A stretch of 62,750 nt of DNA, counting the filler, from Basidioascus undulatus (Eukaryota), in the NCBI GenBank assembly GCA_000826855.1. It is 20 parts of 20 records of this genome, joined end to end, with 100 filler letters (N's around TTAATTAATTAA, not from the genome) between each part and the next. Parts side by side here need not be neighbours in the genome. Positions count along the whole stretch, not along the records: positions 17,124 to 39,431 come from JTLS01000298.1; 19 more parts are not named here. One strand, 5' to 3'. Shown in pieces: positions 26,301-38,769 of this stretch. The position numbers and the translations under genes were made by a program. Positions within the stretch are counted from its first letter, which is position 1. Each line of letters opens with the position of its first letter. The notes beneath the pieces are model-generated. The model was given only the letters and a program-made list of their open reading frames with translations. It was not told where the DNA came from and did not search any database.

Positions 26301-26457
26301 CGAGCCCCGGTGTGACCTCGCGTTACAAGGTGGCACGCAAGGACTAGCCTGAACAATGCTGAGGACCCACACGGTGTTCTCAACCACCGTAAGACAAAAA
26401 AATCAATATGCAGCGATATAATATGTTGTGTTTGTAACTCTCAAACACACCATGCGC

Positions 26458-27366
26458 TTAAAGACTCCAAACCAGCGTGACCACCAGGACGCAAACCCAC
26501 CCGGTCTTGAGCAACTGAGGCACCTCGATAGTTTCCACCCACCCTGCGCCCCAGTCCACCTTGGCCCTTCTCAACATCATAACAGCAAGCTGGATGATCA
26601 TACCCAATCCCGCGGCGATTGTAAAGCCCCTCGCCAACCGCTCCTGCGGGGCCCCGCTTGCTGAAGGGTAGCACAGTCGTGCGAGCATGCTCAGGACGAA
26701 GAGCGGGACAAGGAAGTGGATGAGGATGTGGTTGGAAAGGGAGTATTCTGGAAACTTGGGAGTCCAGGTTTGAGTCGCTTCATTGTCTCTGTCGCGGTGG
26801 CAAAGAAGAAGCAACTCACACAGCGTGACGGTTCTGAAGCTCAGCTTGGTACGCTGCAGCTGGGTTGGAACTGGCTTTACAGGCAAGCTGCCAGAAAGGA
26901 TTAAAAAGAAAACCCTCGAGTTACGGCCAGCGGCCTCACCTAAAGCGCACAGCGTGGCATATCTCGCCTTCTCCTGCTCCGCGACCAGTTCACGGACGGC
27001 TGGATCGTTCCTCTCCTCTTCGGACAAACACCACTCTGTAGGCATGTTTACGTTTTAAAATCAGCAGATGTGGCGAACCAGATTTGTCCACGCCGATCGC
27101 ACCGACTCACCGGGAATGACGGGAATGGGAATCCCGCCCAGCTCGACACTGAGGCGGTCCATCAGCCTGTCCAGTCCGGCGCTGAGCTGATCCCACAGCT
27201 TTGTCCTGCTGAAGTGGATTGGCCTGAGCAGCGCTTGATATGGGGAGGGGCGACGACCGCACAGGGCCGAGCAGTGGGTGGAAGCGGCTGCTGTCTGGGT
27301 GTCCTGTGAGGGGACTGAAGTGTTCGGAGGCGCCCTGGGAGGGGATGTTGAGAGCGGAGAGAACAT
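26458..27366 (-). CDS. Hypothetical multi-exon membrane protein (about 3 C-terminal TM segments)
   Basis: Frames 27061-27435 and 26458-27045 contain GTGAG donors and end in hydrophobic helices (ILIHFLVPLFVLSML; GFTIAAGLGMIIQLAVMML; GWVCVLVVTLVWSL*). Confidence 0.45.
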
Positions 27367-27899
27367 GAGGAATAGCGGGCTGGCAATGTGGGGGACGATG
27401 GTGGATGAGAGGGAAGCGGCGAAAAACAGAGTCAATTGGTCGATGACAGGAAGGTTCTTTGCGCAACAGAAGAACGTCCTGCAAGACTTCGCGGTTCCCG
27501 TTTCACAACATGCACTTTATCTGGCGCTGCGAATCGTTCACGTACCATTCCACTGTGATCATACTTTTTCTAAAACCGAATGAGAAGTTCGATAATACTG
27601 TCGTGCCTTACGCAGGCGTTATTGAAAGCGGTGATGAACGACGTCTTTGTCGGAGTCTTGAGAATTCGTTCCTCCTCAGTCCTCCTCAAAGTGTGGAGCC
27701 TTGACTAGAAAGACATCATCTTAAAGATTGTCCATTTGGTCCAGTTTTTGTTCGATAATATCCAGCCCTGCAAGCCATGCATTACCGCTGCAAGGGCTGA
27801 TAGATTCGCATCGCAGTCTAAACAGTCAAACAGCCAGTCCCGACGCCTTCTTTCAAAACTCCAACAAACTGTCAGAACAATACAATCGTCGGCTTCTAT

Positions 27900-29214
27900 T
27901 TTGTATCACTCCATAAATTCGAGTAAGGACTCGTGGCGCACCGCGGATTCGCCCTCTTGGTTGCTCCCTCAAGGCACAGATTCCAGTGCGGGGTTTCCTC
28001 CAGAACAAAGGTTTCGGATGCTGCGGCGTTGGGCATTGAATCAATGTCCTTCGAGGACATAGTCCGTAAGACAGACGAAAGAGGAGGAGGGGCCGGGGGC
28101 TTTGGTCAATTACGCACTTTGATCGTTCCGGGTGAGTGCAGCACATCCTCCTCTGACGAAGGAGGGTTAGTCATTCTCATCTAGTCATGCCCCATGACTT
28201 TACTCACCTGCGCCAACAAAAAATACAGGACAGCGTACGCGTATGAGCACCTCCTTCGGAGGAGCCACACGCTCGGTGTAAGCCTCGCAAAGGAACTCGA
28301 GTCGCAGGCGGCAGAGCTCAGGGTCTCCGGAGTAGTACGTGGACAGTAGCGCCTCCAAGTACGCCCAGTGAAGCTCCTGGTGCGCGCACTGCCCTGGAGT
28401 GCCCAGGCTAATGGGTACGCTCGCGACCCGGTTGACGTAGCGGATCTCGTCCCAGAAGTTGTCCTGGTCGCTGTGCAGCCTGCGCTTTTGGGTCCACGAA
28501 GCTGAGCACGTCGAGCGTCTGCTCCTTGAACTGGGGGTTCTGAGGAGGAAAACGGTATCAGTCAATCTTCCCGCTGGGGCAGTGTGCCCTCGCGCGGCTG
28601 CGGGAATGAAGACGAACAAATGCGAGGGTGAATACGCTGACTAGACAGAGGGAGCGGGCGAGATCCGAGTGTTGCGCTGCAACTGTTTGGCTCCAGGCTG
28701 TCAACCGAATTCCAGGTGCGAGTTCTGCAACCGACTCGCACTCACTGAGCTATGCTATGTGTCCCCCCTAGCCGTGTTCAAGGAGATGTACTGGCCGGTT
28801 GGACGACAGTGTGCGGATGGCCGCAGCCATGTCGTCCCCCACGGACGAGAGGCCATCGGAGAAGTGGGGGACGGGCGATGTCTTTTTCCGAGCGACCGTA
28901 GCCCGGGTAGTCCAAGATCACCTGCAATGTTGCGCGAAGATACGTCAGGCTCATCCTTGGAAGACGTACGCCTCGACGGGCTCACCAGATTAAGGGAACC
29001 CGACAGCGAGCGGTTGTTGAGCTGGTGCGTCCAGGTGCTCGGTGGGTTAATGACGGGCCTTGAAAGAGGACGACGCTGGTCAATACTTCAGGTCCGATAC
29101 GCGATCAGCTTTAGGTGGCCCACGGTATGTCGAGAGCGTCTGGTGCGGACGGTGGACAAGGTCAAGGTAGAAGGAGATGGACGAGCAGGGCGGCGACAGA
29201 GCGAGGTCTGCCAT
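27900..29214 (-). pseudogene. Alpha/beta-hydrolase pseudogene
   Basis: Spliced WTHQLNNRSLSGSLNL|VILDYPGYGRS, then a frameshift, then DDMAAAIRTL...VHLLEHG*GGHIA*L (decayed nucleophile elbow, TAG stops at 28768-70 and 28750-52), then VLIRVRCPVFFVG. Confidence 0.7.
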
Positions 29215-31048
29215 GCTGCGAAGTGGTCATGCACTCTGAGCGGCCTGCCTGAAATCAAAACCTCCGCGGCGGGAGAATGTACACAGTTCTTAGTATGTAC
29301 AGTAGTTCTTAAATTGAAACGGCGAAGCAACGCGTGAGCGACGGCTCCGATGCTCCTGCACGCCGCCGCAATGCCGCACAGACCTTCAGATCGCGCATTA
29401 ATAACAGTGTGGGGGGGTCGCGAAGACCGATGAAGACTGGTCAAAGATACACGAGTGACGAGTCTCTGCCTCTGGAAATTAGTTCTTTGAATCTTTCCGG
29501 TGCTTACCTATGTCCCGCCGAAAGTTGCATTGTTTTCATCAATCTGTGCAGACGTCTGGTGGCCTACTATTACGATCGCGAGCTGCCCGGCACTACCGTG
29601 TCGCCGGCAAAGCAGCATAATTGTCCAAGAAGTACTCGGTCGCATCAGATCGCAACTTGTTGCCGCCTTTTCTTGGGATCTTCAACGGGAAGGAAAACGC
29701 GCGATTTCCAGGCTGAAGTGAGCAGAGCGGTAGGCTCGGGCCACGGCCCGCTCATTCTGAGGCTTCCGGAAGGAGGCCTGACCTACGTTGAACTCCGTAT
29801 CAGCTATTGGACCTTGCAGGCATCTTGTTGCTGCTGGATGAGACCCAAGCCCGCCTTTTATCTTGTAGATTGCGGTAGACACAATGCAAGGCGGCGACCT
29901 CCAGGACACACTCTGGCTGGTCAAGCTAGATTCAGAAGCAGCTGTTGCCTCGGAGTGCGAGACTATGATTGGAATTATAGGCATTATGAAAAATGTCATA
30001 AAGTAAACACGTCAGGCCTGATTGCAAGGGAATGCTGCATAGAACATCATGATACTGCTTGCAGTCAGCTAATCTGTTATTGCATGCTGGCTGCCGATGC
30101 GTTTCTTCTGCAAGTCCACACTGTCCAGGAAAACGAGGGTGGGAACGAGCCAGATATAAGATAGGTGTAAGAACGCAAAAACAACAGAGAATGTCCTCTG
30201 TCCTACTACCACATCCCCATTACGAAATCCCCATTCCCTCTCCGACGTTGTTCATCAAGCTCAGCTGTCGCCATCCATTGGTCGACGATGCGGAATCTGT
30301 GACTTGTTTCCGATTACCCTGAGGCACGAAGTGGAAATCGGTCTATACATTCGTGTCCCACGCCGCGGTTCGACGCCAACGTCCCAACGACGAAGCCTTT
30401 CGGCAATATTGTTTTCTGACCCACGCTCTGCTGTTCTGCCTGGCACTGTTTCCTAAAAGACGAGCATGCAACTCAAAGGTGAAAGCATTATATGCCTAAA
30501 AACATAGCCCCAAGAAGATCCTGAAAGCAAGATCTACAGCAGATATCTTGCCAGGGGCAAACCGAAGCAAGTCACCCTCGCCCAGCGGCCGTGGCCTGCT
30601 CCCTATTTTTTTGTCTTCAAGGGCCAAGCAAAAGCCACTGACGCTTCTCATAGCGCCTTATTGAGTTTGTTTAAGTTGAAGATTCCCGTTAATTATTAAG
30701 ATATGGCCCTGTATTTGAGTCTGGTGGAGTCAGGTTAGCCGCGGACGAATTGAATGCAGGAAGACTGCCATTGATGGCATACTGACCCTGTGTATGAGTG
30801 CCAAAATGTGTTAGAATAGGCTTGAACTATACTTCGACAGTACTATAGACATGAGTGATAACGCGGATGATGTTCTTGTCAGAAACCGCACCATTGCTCT
30901 TTGGGCTCCATGCCACGAGTACAGTGCATGCATCAAGCTACCAAGGGTGTCATACATCTCGAGAAACATGTGAAACAATTGCCTGTCCGTAATCCATCCA
31001 TGGAGTGCAGTAAGATATTCCTGTCGCACGTTCCCGACTGCACATCGT

Positions 31049-32700
31049 TTACACCACCTCCACCGACCCGACCCACTCCCGCTTCTCATCCATTCCCTCG
31101 TGCTCCTCAAGCCCAAGCTCGGTCCCGTCCAACCACAAGGCCTTCCCGAACTCTCCTCGCATCCAGCTAACAAGCCCCAGCGTGACCAAAATGACCGGCC
31201 AAGCCGAGCAGGAAGTAACGCTCACGACGAGCGCGATCTGCTCGGCAAGGGGCATCGGAAAGTCCAGCGTCAGGGAGACCACTATGAAGGTGGCTACGAA
31301 TTAGATCAGAGCGGTGGAGAGGTAGACTGGGCGGTGGCGGACGTGGCGGCGGGAGAGCGTGTAGTCGACGTGGTGGGCGAGGAAGGCGAGTCCAGTGCGG
31401 ACCTGCAGGGAGAGCGCAGGCACTGCTGAGTGCGTGATGGGGAAAGGGGGAGGCGACAATGTCGTAAAGGTCGGGATTTATCGGCTGTGATGCGCCCAAA
31501 GTGGGCGCAGGGACGGGAGAAGAGTCCGTCTGGTTCGCCCAGACTACCTTGAGGAGCTGCATGCTGCCCTATACAACCAACGGCATGCCGAGCGCCTACA
31601 CGTCGAGGGATGTCTGTTCAGCATCAATACAACCAGTATCGCACAGAGTTTGAGAAAGACTCACTATGGGTATGCCCACAATCAAAACATAAGAATTCAA
31701 CAACGGGAGCAATGCCCCGTCGCGAAACGGTACACTCTCTGGATTAAGACCGGGTTCACCGCGAGCGAAACGACCGCCAGGACCCGAAGGAGGTGGCGCC
31801 CAAGCATTTTGTGTCGAGGTAGAGGGCCAGACCGAGAAACGGAAGGAGGGGTATCAGGAGGTTGTCGATCGCCGGCGAGTGCTGAACGAGGAGTGACGGG
31901 AACGAGGCGGACTGTGTGCAAGTGTTGCCTGATGATCACGCTAGAAATCCAGGATCGTGCGGGAAGACTTACCAGCAGAAGGATACTCAGGCAGGCAGCT
32001 CCATACTGGGTGATTTCCGCGCCCCAGAACCCGAACTTCGCCCTGAGCACGACCGCCCCGACCGCCCCGACCGCCCACAGCGCAGCCAGGGTCCCCCAGC
32101 GGTGCTTTGCCCGATCCAGACGGCCCACCCACTCGACCTCAGATCGCCTCTGCGGTCGGGCGGCGGCCGAGTTCCTAACGCAGGAGTGCGCGTGCGCCGA
32201 GGACCATGCCCGCGAAGGCGGAGAGGAGAAATAGGACGAAGAGGTGCAGTATCGCCAGCAAGAGTGCGAGTTAAGGTGAGAAGCTGCTTTCGAGTGAATG
32301 GGAAGAAGGAAAAGACCTCGACACTGGTAAAGAGATACTTGGCGGGCGCATCCAGGACAGGCCAAAACATGTCTGCAGCAACAGACGGAATGCAACCTGA
32401 GCCGCTTGAAACAACAGCGCTGGCTGAAAACACGACATACCCTGAAAAGTATGTCGCGCCCTTTTTCGAGAGCCCTGTTGAGAGAAAACACTGATGAGAG
32501 AAAGAGCCATGCGTCTCCATACGAACGGCTTCAACTTTCTTGCGCGCGCTGCGCCTGGGGCTCGTACGATAGAGAACATGGCGAAGAGCTATTCAGCGTT
32601 TGACTAATAATCAGCTCTTAGTGGATATGCGAAAATTATCTTACGAAGCAAATCCGACCAAGGAAGGAAGATGTCCGCGCGACGAAGACCTCTCCGCACC
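31049..32700 (-). pseudogene. Degenerate multi-exon polytopic membrane protein, paralogue B
   Basis: LHLFVLFLLSAFAGMVLGARALLR*, AKFGFWGAEITQYGAACLSILLL, PSLLVQHSPAIDNLLIPLLPFLGLALYLD and VYLSTALI*FVATFIVVSLTLDFP, with internal stops and frameshifts. Confidence 0.6.
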
Positions 32701-33961
32701 AGGTAAGCAGGCCGTACGTAGAGAGAAAGTGCCAAGCACCGACTACACGCGCGGCAATGTCGGCCGCAATGCGGCCGCATTCGAGAGGCTGAGGGCCTAA
32801 TAGGGAAGCTCAGGTATCCTATAGTTGAAACTATGAAGGACGAGACCGCCCCCTGGCGAAGGGACGTCGGACGATGCCTTGAGGTGAGCCGCTCGCGCGA
32901 GGTGCATTGCGTCGCAAAGTTGCACGATACGGCAACGCGCGTCCGCGACGGTTCGTGCTGTTCGAAGTTGGGGAGAAAGAAGGACGAGAAAATGTCGATA
33001 AGTAGCTGTAGGCTGTTGGAAGACAGAGCAAAGGGAAGACCACGGAAGGAGGGCACCGCACATCGGCTGCGCGGTGCAATAGGAGGTGAGGCGCGTCGAG
33101 AAACCGACTGAGAAAGAGCGAATGAGACTTCGGAACGCGCGGATCGGTTTCCGGTCCGAGTGGACAAAGCAACAAGGGAGCGCTGAGGTGTGCTGCTGGG
33201 GTACGGGTCTGTGCTGGAGAGACTGTCCAAGTAGAGCATGAGAGGGCGAGAAATGTACTAGGACAGATTCTCCTAAACAAGGCGGGGTCAGGCAGAGCGA
33301 GGGAGCCTCACGACTGAGATAGGACAATAGGGTCCGAAAGCCCGACAGGGCAGGAAGTGAGTCCGTCCCCAATGTGCGTAAGCAAATTGGGCACGCCTGA
33401 CGGGCTGTCGGTTCGAAAACAGTTTGAGCAGTGTCACAAGCTACGCAGACCAGCGTACAGAAAAAGACGCATCGTCCAGCCCGAGAAGACGGTGCACGGA
33501 CGGGGCGACGTTGAGGTGCCTGTTGCAGAGCCTGCATGTACGTAAAGAAAGCCGCGATAGGGCAAGCGGAATCCCCGGGGGACGCGGACCCGTCCAGTGC
33601 TGGAAGACAGAACGAAGTAAGCGTCCCAAGGAGCTTTCGACAGTGAACGTGGTCAGTGAGCGAAACTAATGCGAAGCGAATGGGCAGCCCTGCGAGTCGT
33701 TCAATAGCGAGACTCTTCAGCTTGCTTGAAAGCGGCTGTAGGCCTCTTGGGACGGCGGGTGGTTCCGCTGTCTTCGCGGCGCCGCATCGCATGCCCGGCC
33801 CCACCACTGCCCGGCAGCTCGGCACACCGAAAATATGGTGCACTGCAGATGTATAACGTTGCGCGTGCGCGTCGCGCGGATGGGTATGCGTATATGCGTG
33901 CCTGCAAGAACCACCACAATCTCGAGTAAAAGCGAATGAGATGAGCGAAGTGTGCGGGGTC

Positions 33962-35390
33962 TCATCGGAACTGCGACAGAGGTTCAGATTCAGGGTCAGT
34001 CCGGCAAAGCAGTATCGAGGAGGGAGGGGAGGGGCGGACCATGCGGAGGTAGGCTGATGAGTGGGAGCGGAGGTCAGTGGGGGACGGGTGAGAGGGGACG
34101 TAGAGAAAGGAGGATGTGGGGTAGGGATGTGGGAAAGAGGAGGAAGACGTACCGAGCAGTAATGCCCCGCCGGTGGTGATGATACCGACGATGTACCTGC
34201 GAACACACCAAGTCAGCTTGCGAAGCTATGAAAGGGCCATATGGCGTGCGCGGTGGGACGGACTGGAGGATCACGAACTGCGTGGAAGGACAGAGTGGAT
34301 GAGTACTTTGTGGGAAGGGACGAGAGGGAAAAAGGGGAGAGGGACGGGAGAGGGACGGGAGAAAGGAGGAAAGCGACCCACTTTCGTCGACTCCATGTAC
34401 GTCCGCAGCGCCGCAACCTCGCTCTCCATCCGCGTGTCGACTTCCTTCAACTTCAGCTCCTGCACGCTCGCTTCGTCTCGGATACGTCCTGTTCCCCCAC
34501 CGCACCCAGCACTCATCAGCCACTGCCTCCTTCATCCTCTTTCTCCAGGGAAGGCGGCGCTTACCCTTCTCCAAATTAAGATCCAGCCGCACGCCCGCCT
34601 GCGTGCGCGTGATCTCCTCCCGCAGGCGCTGCTTGAGCTTGTCCACCTCCGCCATGAGCCGCTCGTTCTCCGCCTTGAGAGACGTCAGGTCGTTCTTCTC
34701 GTGCAGCTGTATCTCGCTCTTGAGGGCGGCGAAGTCCACCTGAGGTTCGGGAGGGGTCAGCGTCGTCTAGAGCTCTTCATTAGGGAGACGGGGCAAAGAG
34801 GGTGAAGAAGTAATGGGAGGGAGGGAGAAGAGGGAAGGGGAAGAAGGGGAAAGGGAGGAGAGGGGGAGGGGAGAGGAATCAAAAGCGGAAGGAGAGCATC
34901 ACTTGAAACTCTCAAGGGGCAAAGAGTGCAGGAGCAAAGAGTAGGAAGGTGAAAGGGGGTAATGGGAAAAGTGGAAGAGCTGGGAGTGAGTGATAGAGGA
35001 GTCACAGCGCACCTTCTGCGTATAATGGTTCTTCTCGTGCTCTGCCCTGCTAACCATATCCGCAGCCATATTCCGCACACTCTCCTCAATGACGTCCGAT
35101 AGCGCCTCCATGATCCCCTCCGCCTGCGCGCGCGGGATGCCGTCGCGCTCGAGGCGCTGGACAAACGCGTGGGTGTCGAAGTGGGAGGAGGAGGGCGGGA
35201 GGGAGGGGGAGGAGGCGTAGGTCCGGGTGCAGGGCGGGAAGAGGGATCCTGCGGAATTAGTGTGGAGGAGGGGTAGAGGTGGATGGGTGTAGGAAAGTGT
35301 ACGGGGTATTGGGCGTGCGCGAGGGGGAAGGGCGGCGAGGGTGTGAGGGGGCAGGCGGAGGGCGCGTCGGCTCAGCGCAGGGAGGGACAT
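33962..35390 (-). CDS. PUT7: Mitochondrial CCDC90/MCUR1-family coiled-coil protein (DUF1640; Put7/Ylr283w-like), complete
   Basis: Mitochondrial presequence, HFDTHAFVQRLE, QKVDFAALKSE...LREEITRTQAGVRLDLNLEK|GRIRDE, and C-terminal TM FVILQYIVGIITTGGALLLAYLRM|FR*. Confidence 0.88.
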
Positions 35391-35577
35391 GGTGCGCTCG
35401 GGGTCGGGGTCGCTGTTGTTGTGGTTGTGCTCGTTATCACAGGTAGAGAGAATGAGAGTGCTGATGATGAAGGACAATTGAACTGGCAGGGGGAAGGTGT
35501 AGCAGCGGTGTGTCGATGATGGTCGTGCGAGTCCAAGCGCGTGCACTTGCGCCGGCCCCGGTTCGCCTCAAGTCGTC

Positions 35578-36738
35578 ATGATCCTCCGCTCGGCGTCTTC
35601 CTCTTTGGCCTCAGCGTCCAGGCAGTATGTCTCCCGTTCCCATATTTAACATTCTACAAGCATCCCATATTCTAAGTAATTTATATTTCTCCACAGGCTT
35701 CTCCCCCACCTCCAGCGCCATGTCCGCCCCTCCTCCTCCTCTTCCACGGTAAATGCAGACGAGATCGCGTTCTTCTCGCGCCTCTCCTCGGAATGGTGGG
35801 ACGAGCAGGGCGAGTTCAAGTACCTCCACCGCATGAACCCCCCGCGCGTGCGCTTCATCGTCGACAAGCTCCGTGCGGCCGCACTCGAGGAAGAGCTCGA
35901 CGGCCATCCCTCGCAGCCCACCGAGGCGGGGCGGGAACTCGCGGGCCTGAGGGCACTGGATATCGGGTGCGGTGGGGGGCTGCTTTCTGAGGTGCGTCGT
36001 CTTCTCTTTCTCTTCTTCTCAACCTCTAAACCGTCACTGCTGTGCCGAAGCTGAACGCGGGGCGGGGGTGACAGTCCCTTGCCCGCCTCGGCGCCCGGAC
36101 CCTCGGCATCGACGCCTCGCCTTCCAACGTGCAAATGGCGGCGCTGCACTTGTCGGCGGACCCAGCGCTCACCTCGCGCGTCGCGTACCAGCACGTTTCG
36201 GCGGAGGATCTTGCGCGCGAGCAGGCCGGGCAGTTCGACGTCGTGTGCGCGATGGAGGTTCTGGAGCATGTGGATGAGCCGGCGCAGTTTTTGAAGGCTG
36301 CTGGGGCGCTGGTCAAGGTGCGGGATTTTCCGCTCATTTCCCTCATTACTGTCCACTAAGCAACGTGGTCTTCACGACCACCAGCCCGGAGGCCACCTCT
36401 TCCTCTCCACCATCTCGCGCACTCCGCTCGCGCAGCTCCTCACCATCACCCTAGCCGAGCACGTCCTGCGCGAAGTCTCAGTGGGGACGCACACGTACAG
36501 CAAATTCGTCAAACCTTCCGAGCTCACGTCCTTCTTCCGCTCCGAGGTCGGCTGGCTCTCCCACGCCGGGGGCGAGGGAGCGCTGCTGAAGCGCAAGGAG
36601 GCGGAGGTCCGCGGGATTATCTATGTCCCGTGGAAGGGGGTGTGGGAGGTTGCGCCCGAGGGAGCGCCGGGGAGCACGTGGGCGAACTATCTGTTCTGGG
36701 CGCGGAAGCCCAGGGAGGGGGAGGGGAAGGGGAGGTGA
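35578..36738 (+). CDS. COQ3: Ubiquinone biosynthesis O-methyltransferase, complete
   Basis: [77 protein letters not shown] and [14 protein letters not shown]. Confidence 0.96.
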
Positions 36739-38769
36739 TGCAATCTTCGACTTTGGTGCGAGGTCGGTGGGCACGGACGAGGTCGCGATCCTGTGGGGAC
36801 GCTCGCTCACATTCGCGCTTCCTGGACCACTTCTAGCCGCTCACCGGCCCTTCGATCACTCCTTCTAAAATCACGCAGCGGTCTCTCGAACCGCACCCTG
36901 ACTCACCAGCGCAGCTCGCTGCGGCCCCTTATACGATTCGCGGACTTTCTCATTCACGTCGATGCTCGAACCATCCGCTCAAGGCCTGCCAACCCACCCA
37001 CCCTTCCATCGCCTTCCCCCCCTCACCGCTCCTCATGTTACGCCGTCCTCTCGCTACCCTCCTCCCTTCCGTTGCCCACACTCTCGCTCGTGGTCCTTGA
37101 TTCTCCAAAGTTTCCGATGGCTCAGATAGGTCAGACGCTTATCTCTTCTGTCGCACTGATTTTCAAACTCGTTCGCAAGCCAGTGCGAGTCAGAAAGCCA
37201 TGTCCCGCAGTCTTTCGGGCGCAACACCTGAGTTGAGAATACTTTCGGTGGTATACCTTCGAAGCTCTCATTCACTGTTCAGAAATTAGGGAAATATTTG
37301 GAGATCAGTGAAGGAAGATGATAACGTTGAGGTACAAAAGCCATGGCGTATGGGGTCCACGCGACCGAGAAGCTGATCCAAAACCCAAGGTGGACGTTTG
37401 CCTTGCACGGCGAGGAAACATTGCAGCACGTTGGCTATTTCCAGAGAGATCAAGATCTACCATGCCGTATCTACGGTCAGCTAAAGTCCCTTCTACACTC
37501 TACTCCTCTTCCTCCTCTTCCCACCTCCCCACTCCCCTAACTCCCGCAACCCTTCCTCTCACCCCTTCTCGCCCAGCACTCTCAGAACGCCCTCCTTCTC
37601 AGTCCACCTCGCCTCGGCCCATGCGACAAGCTTCGCCTCTTCCTGCGGCAGGTCCTCCAGCGCGTACCGGCGTACGTGGACGTGGAACTTGAACCACTGC
37701 ACGGCGAGGCCGGACGATGCAGGTCGGAGAGGGAGAGCGCGTGGTGAAGACCTTTTTGGGTTGCAAGTAGGCGAGGGTGAGGCTGGGGGGTAGTTCGGAA
37801 GGAGGGGACTCAGATGGGGGAGGCAACCGAGGGGAGGAGGGGTGAGTTTCGATAGTCCTTACCGTAGACCTCTTTGACAGCACTGCCGCGTAGCTCTGGA
37901 GGGCAGCTTGGTGTCAGCGCTTTCGGCCTTTTGTCTAAGAACGGCATATAATGTACGGTTCACAGTAGCCACAAAGCCCTTGGTCCTAGGCCAGAGGACG
38001 TATTGCAGTGCAGGCTTGCCGCGATCTCTGCAGAAGCGCTGTGTCTCTCTCCATCCAAACGCATCGTCAATACCCTTCAAAATCTATGTTCTATGCACTG
38101 CTGTGGTAAGATACAAAGCAGTTGCACGCAACTCTGCCACTTTCTTCGGCGTCCGACGCGTCCCTTCAAGGTATGAGCAGATCCAGACGGCCTCGCTGGC
38201 GGTGGGGTGCTTAAAGCGGGCGAAGGCCTCCCTGTTCCAAAAAAGGCGTTAGTCGTTCCGATGATAGGAGAGATAAAAACGATTGGACCCACCGCGCACC
38301 CAGTCCCGATTCACCATAATCATCCCTGTCCGCGCTCTCCGCGCACTGTCAGCCATCACGAACTCATGAACACGAAAGAAAAGAAACAAATCGCAAATTA
38401 GAAAGCGCACCTTGAAGCTGAAGCCAAACACCGGCAGCCACACCAAGCTTGCCTTCGCAAAATACCGCTGGTAGCCCAGCGCGCCTGCGCGCTGAGCCAG
38501 TTCATTCGTTCAAGAGGTAGTAGTCGCCGTACGCAGAGTGGTTAACCTTCCATTGTAGGGGACAGATTTCAGCGGTAAGTAGTAAAGAGAACGCGATTAT
38601 GATACGCACAGATGACGACCGCACTGCTTGGTGTAGGGGGAAGGGCAACCCCGGAGAAGGTAACTTAACCGCCGTTCAAGCGCTTAAACATGAACTGATT
38701 ATTGCCTCTCAGATCTTTCAGTTTTAACACTCGCACAGAGAAGAGAGAAGGACGGACCCGCATGAAGCC

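Noticed and set aside
24300..33900. Mating-type locus (pheromone, STE3 receptor, homeodomain genes)
   Set aside because: I found no short CaaX-terminated precursor, STE3 motif or WFxNxR homeodomain motif.
32797..34206. 469-aa minus-strand ORF
   Set aside because: It begins by reading through PUT7 introns and continues as Cys/Arg-rich sequence with no domain. It is probably a chance open frame.
36900..38750. Short ORFs between COQ3 and the contig end
   Set aside because: No recognisable motifs or consistent exon chain, so no call is supportable.
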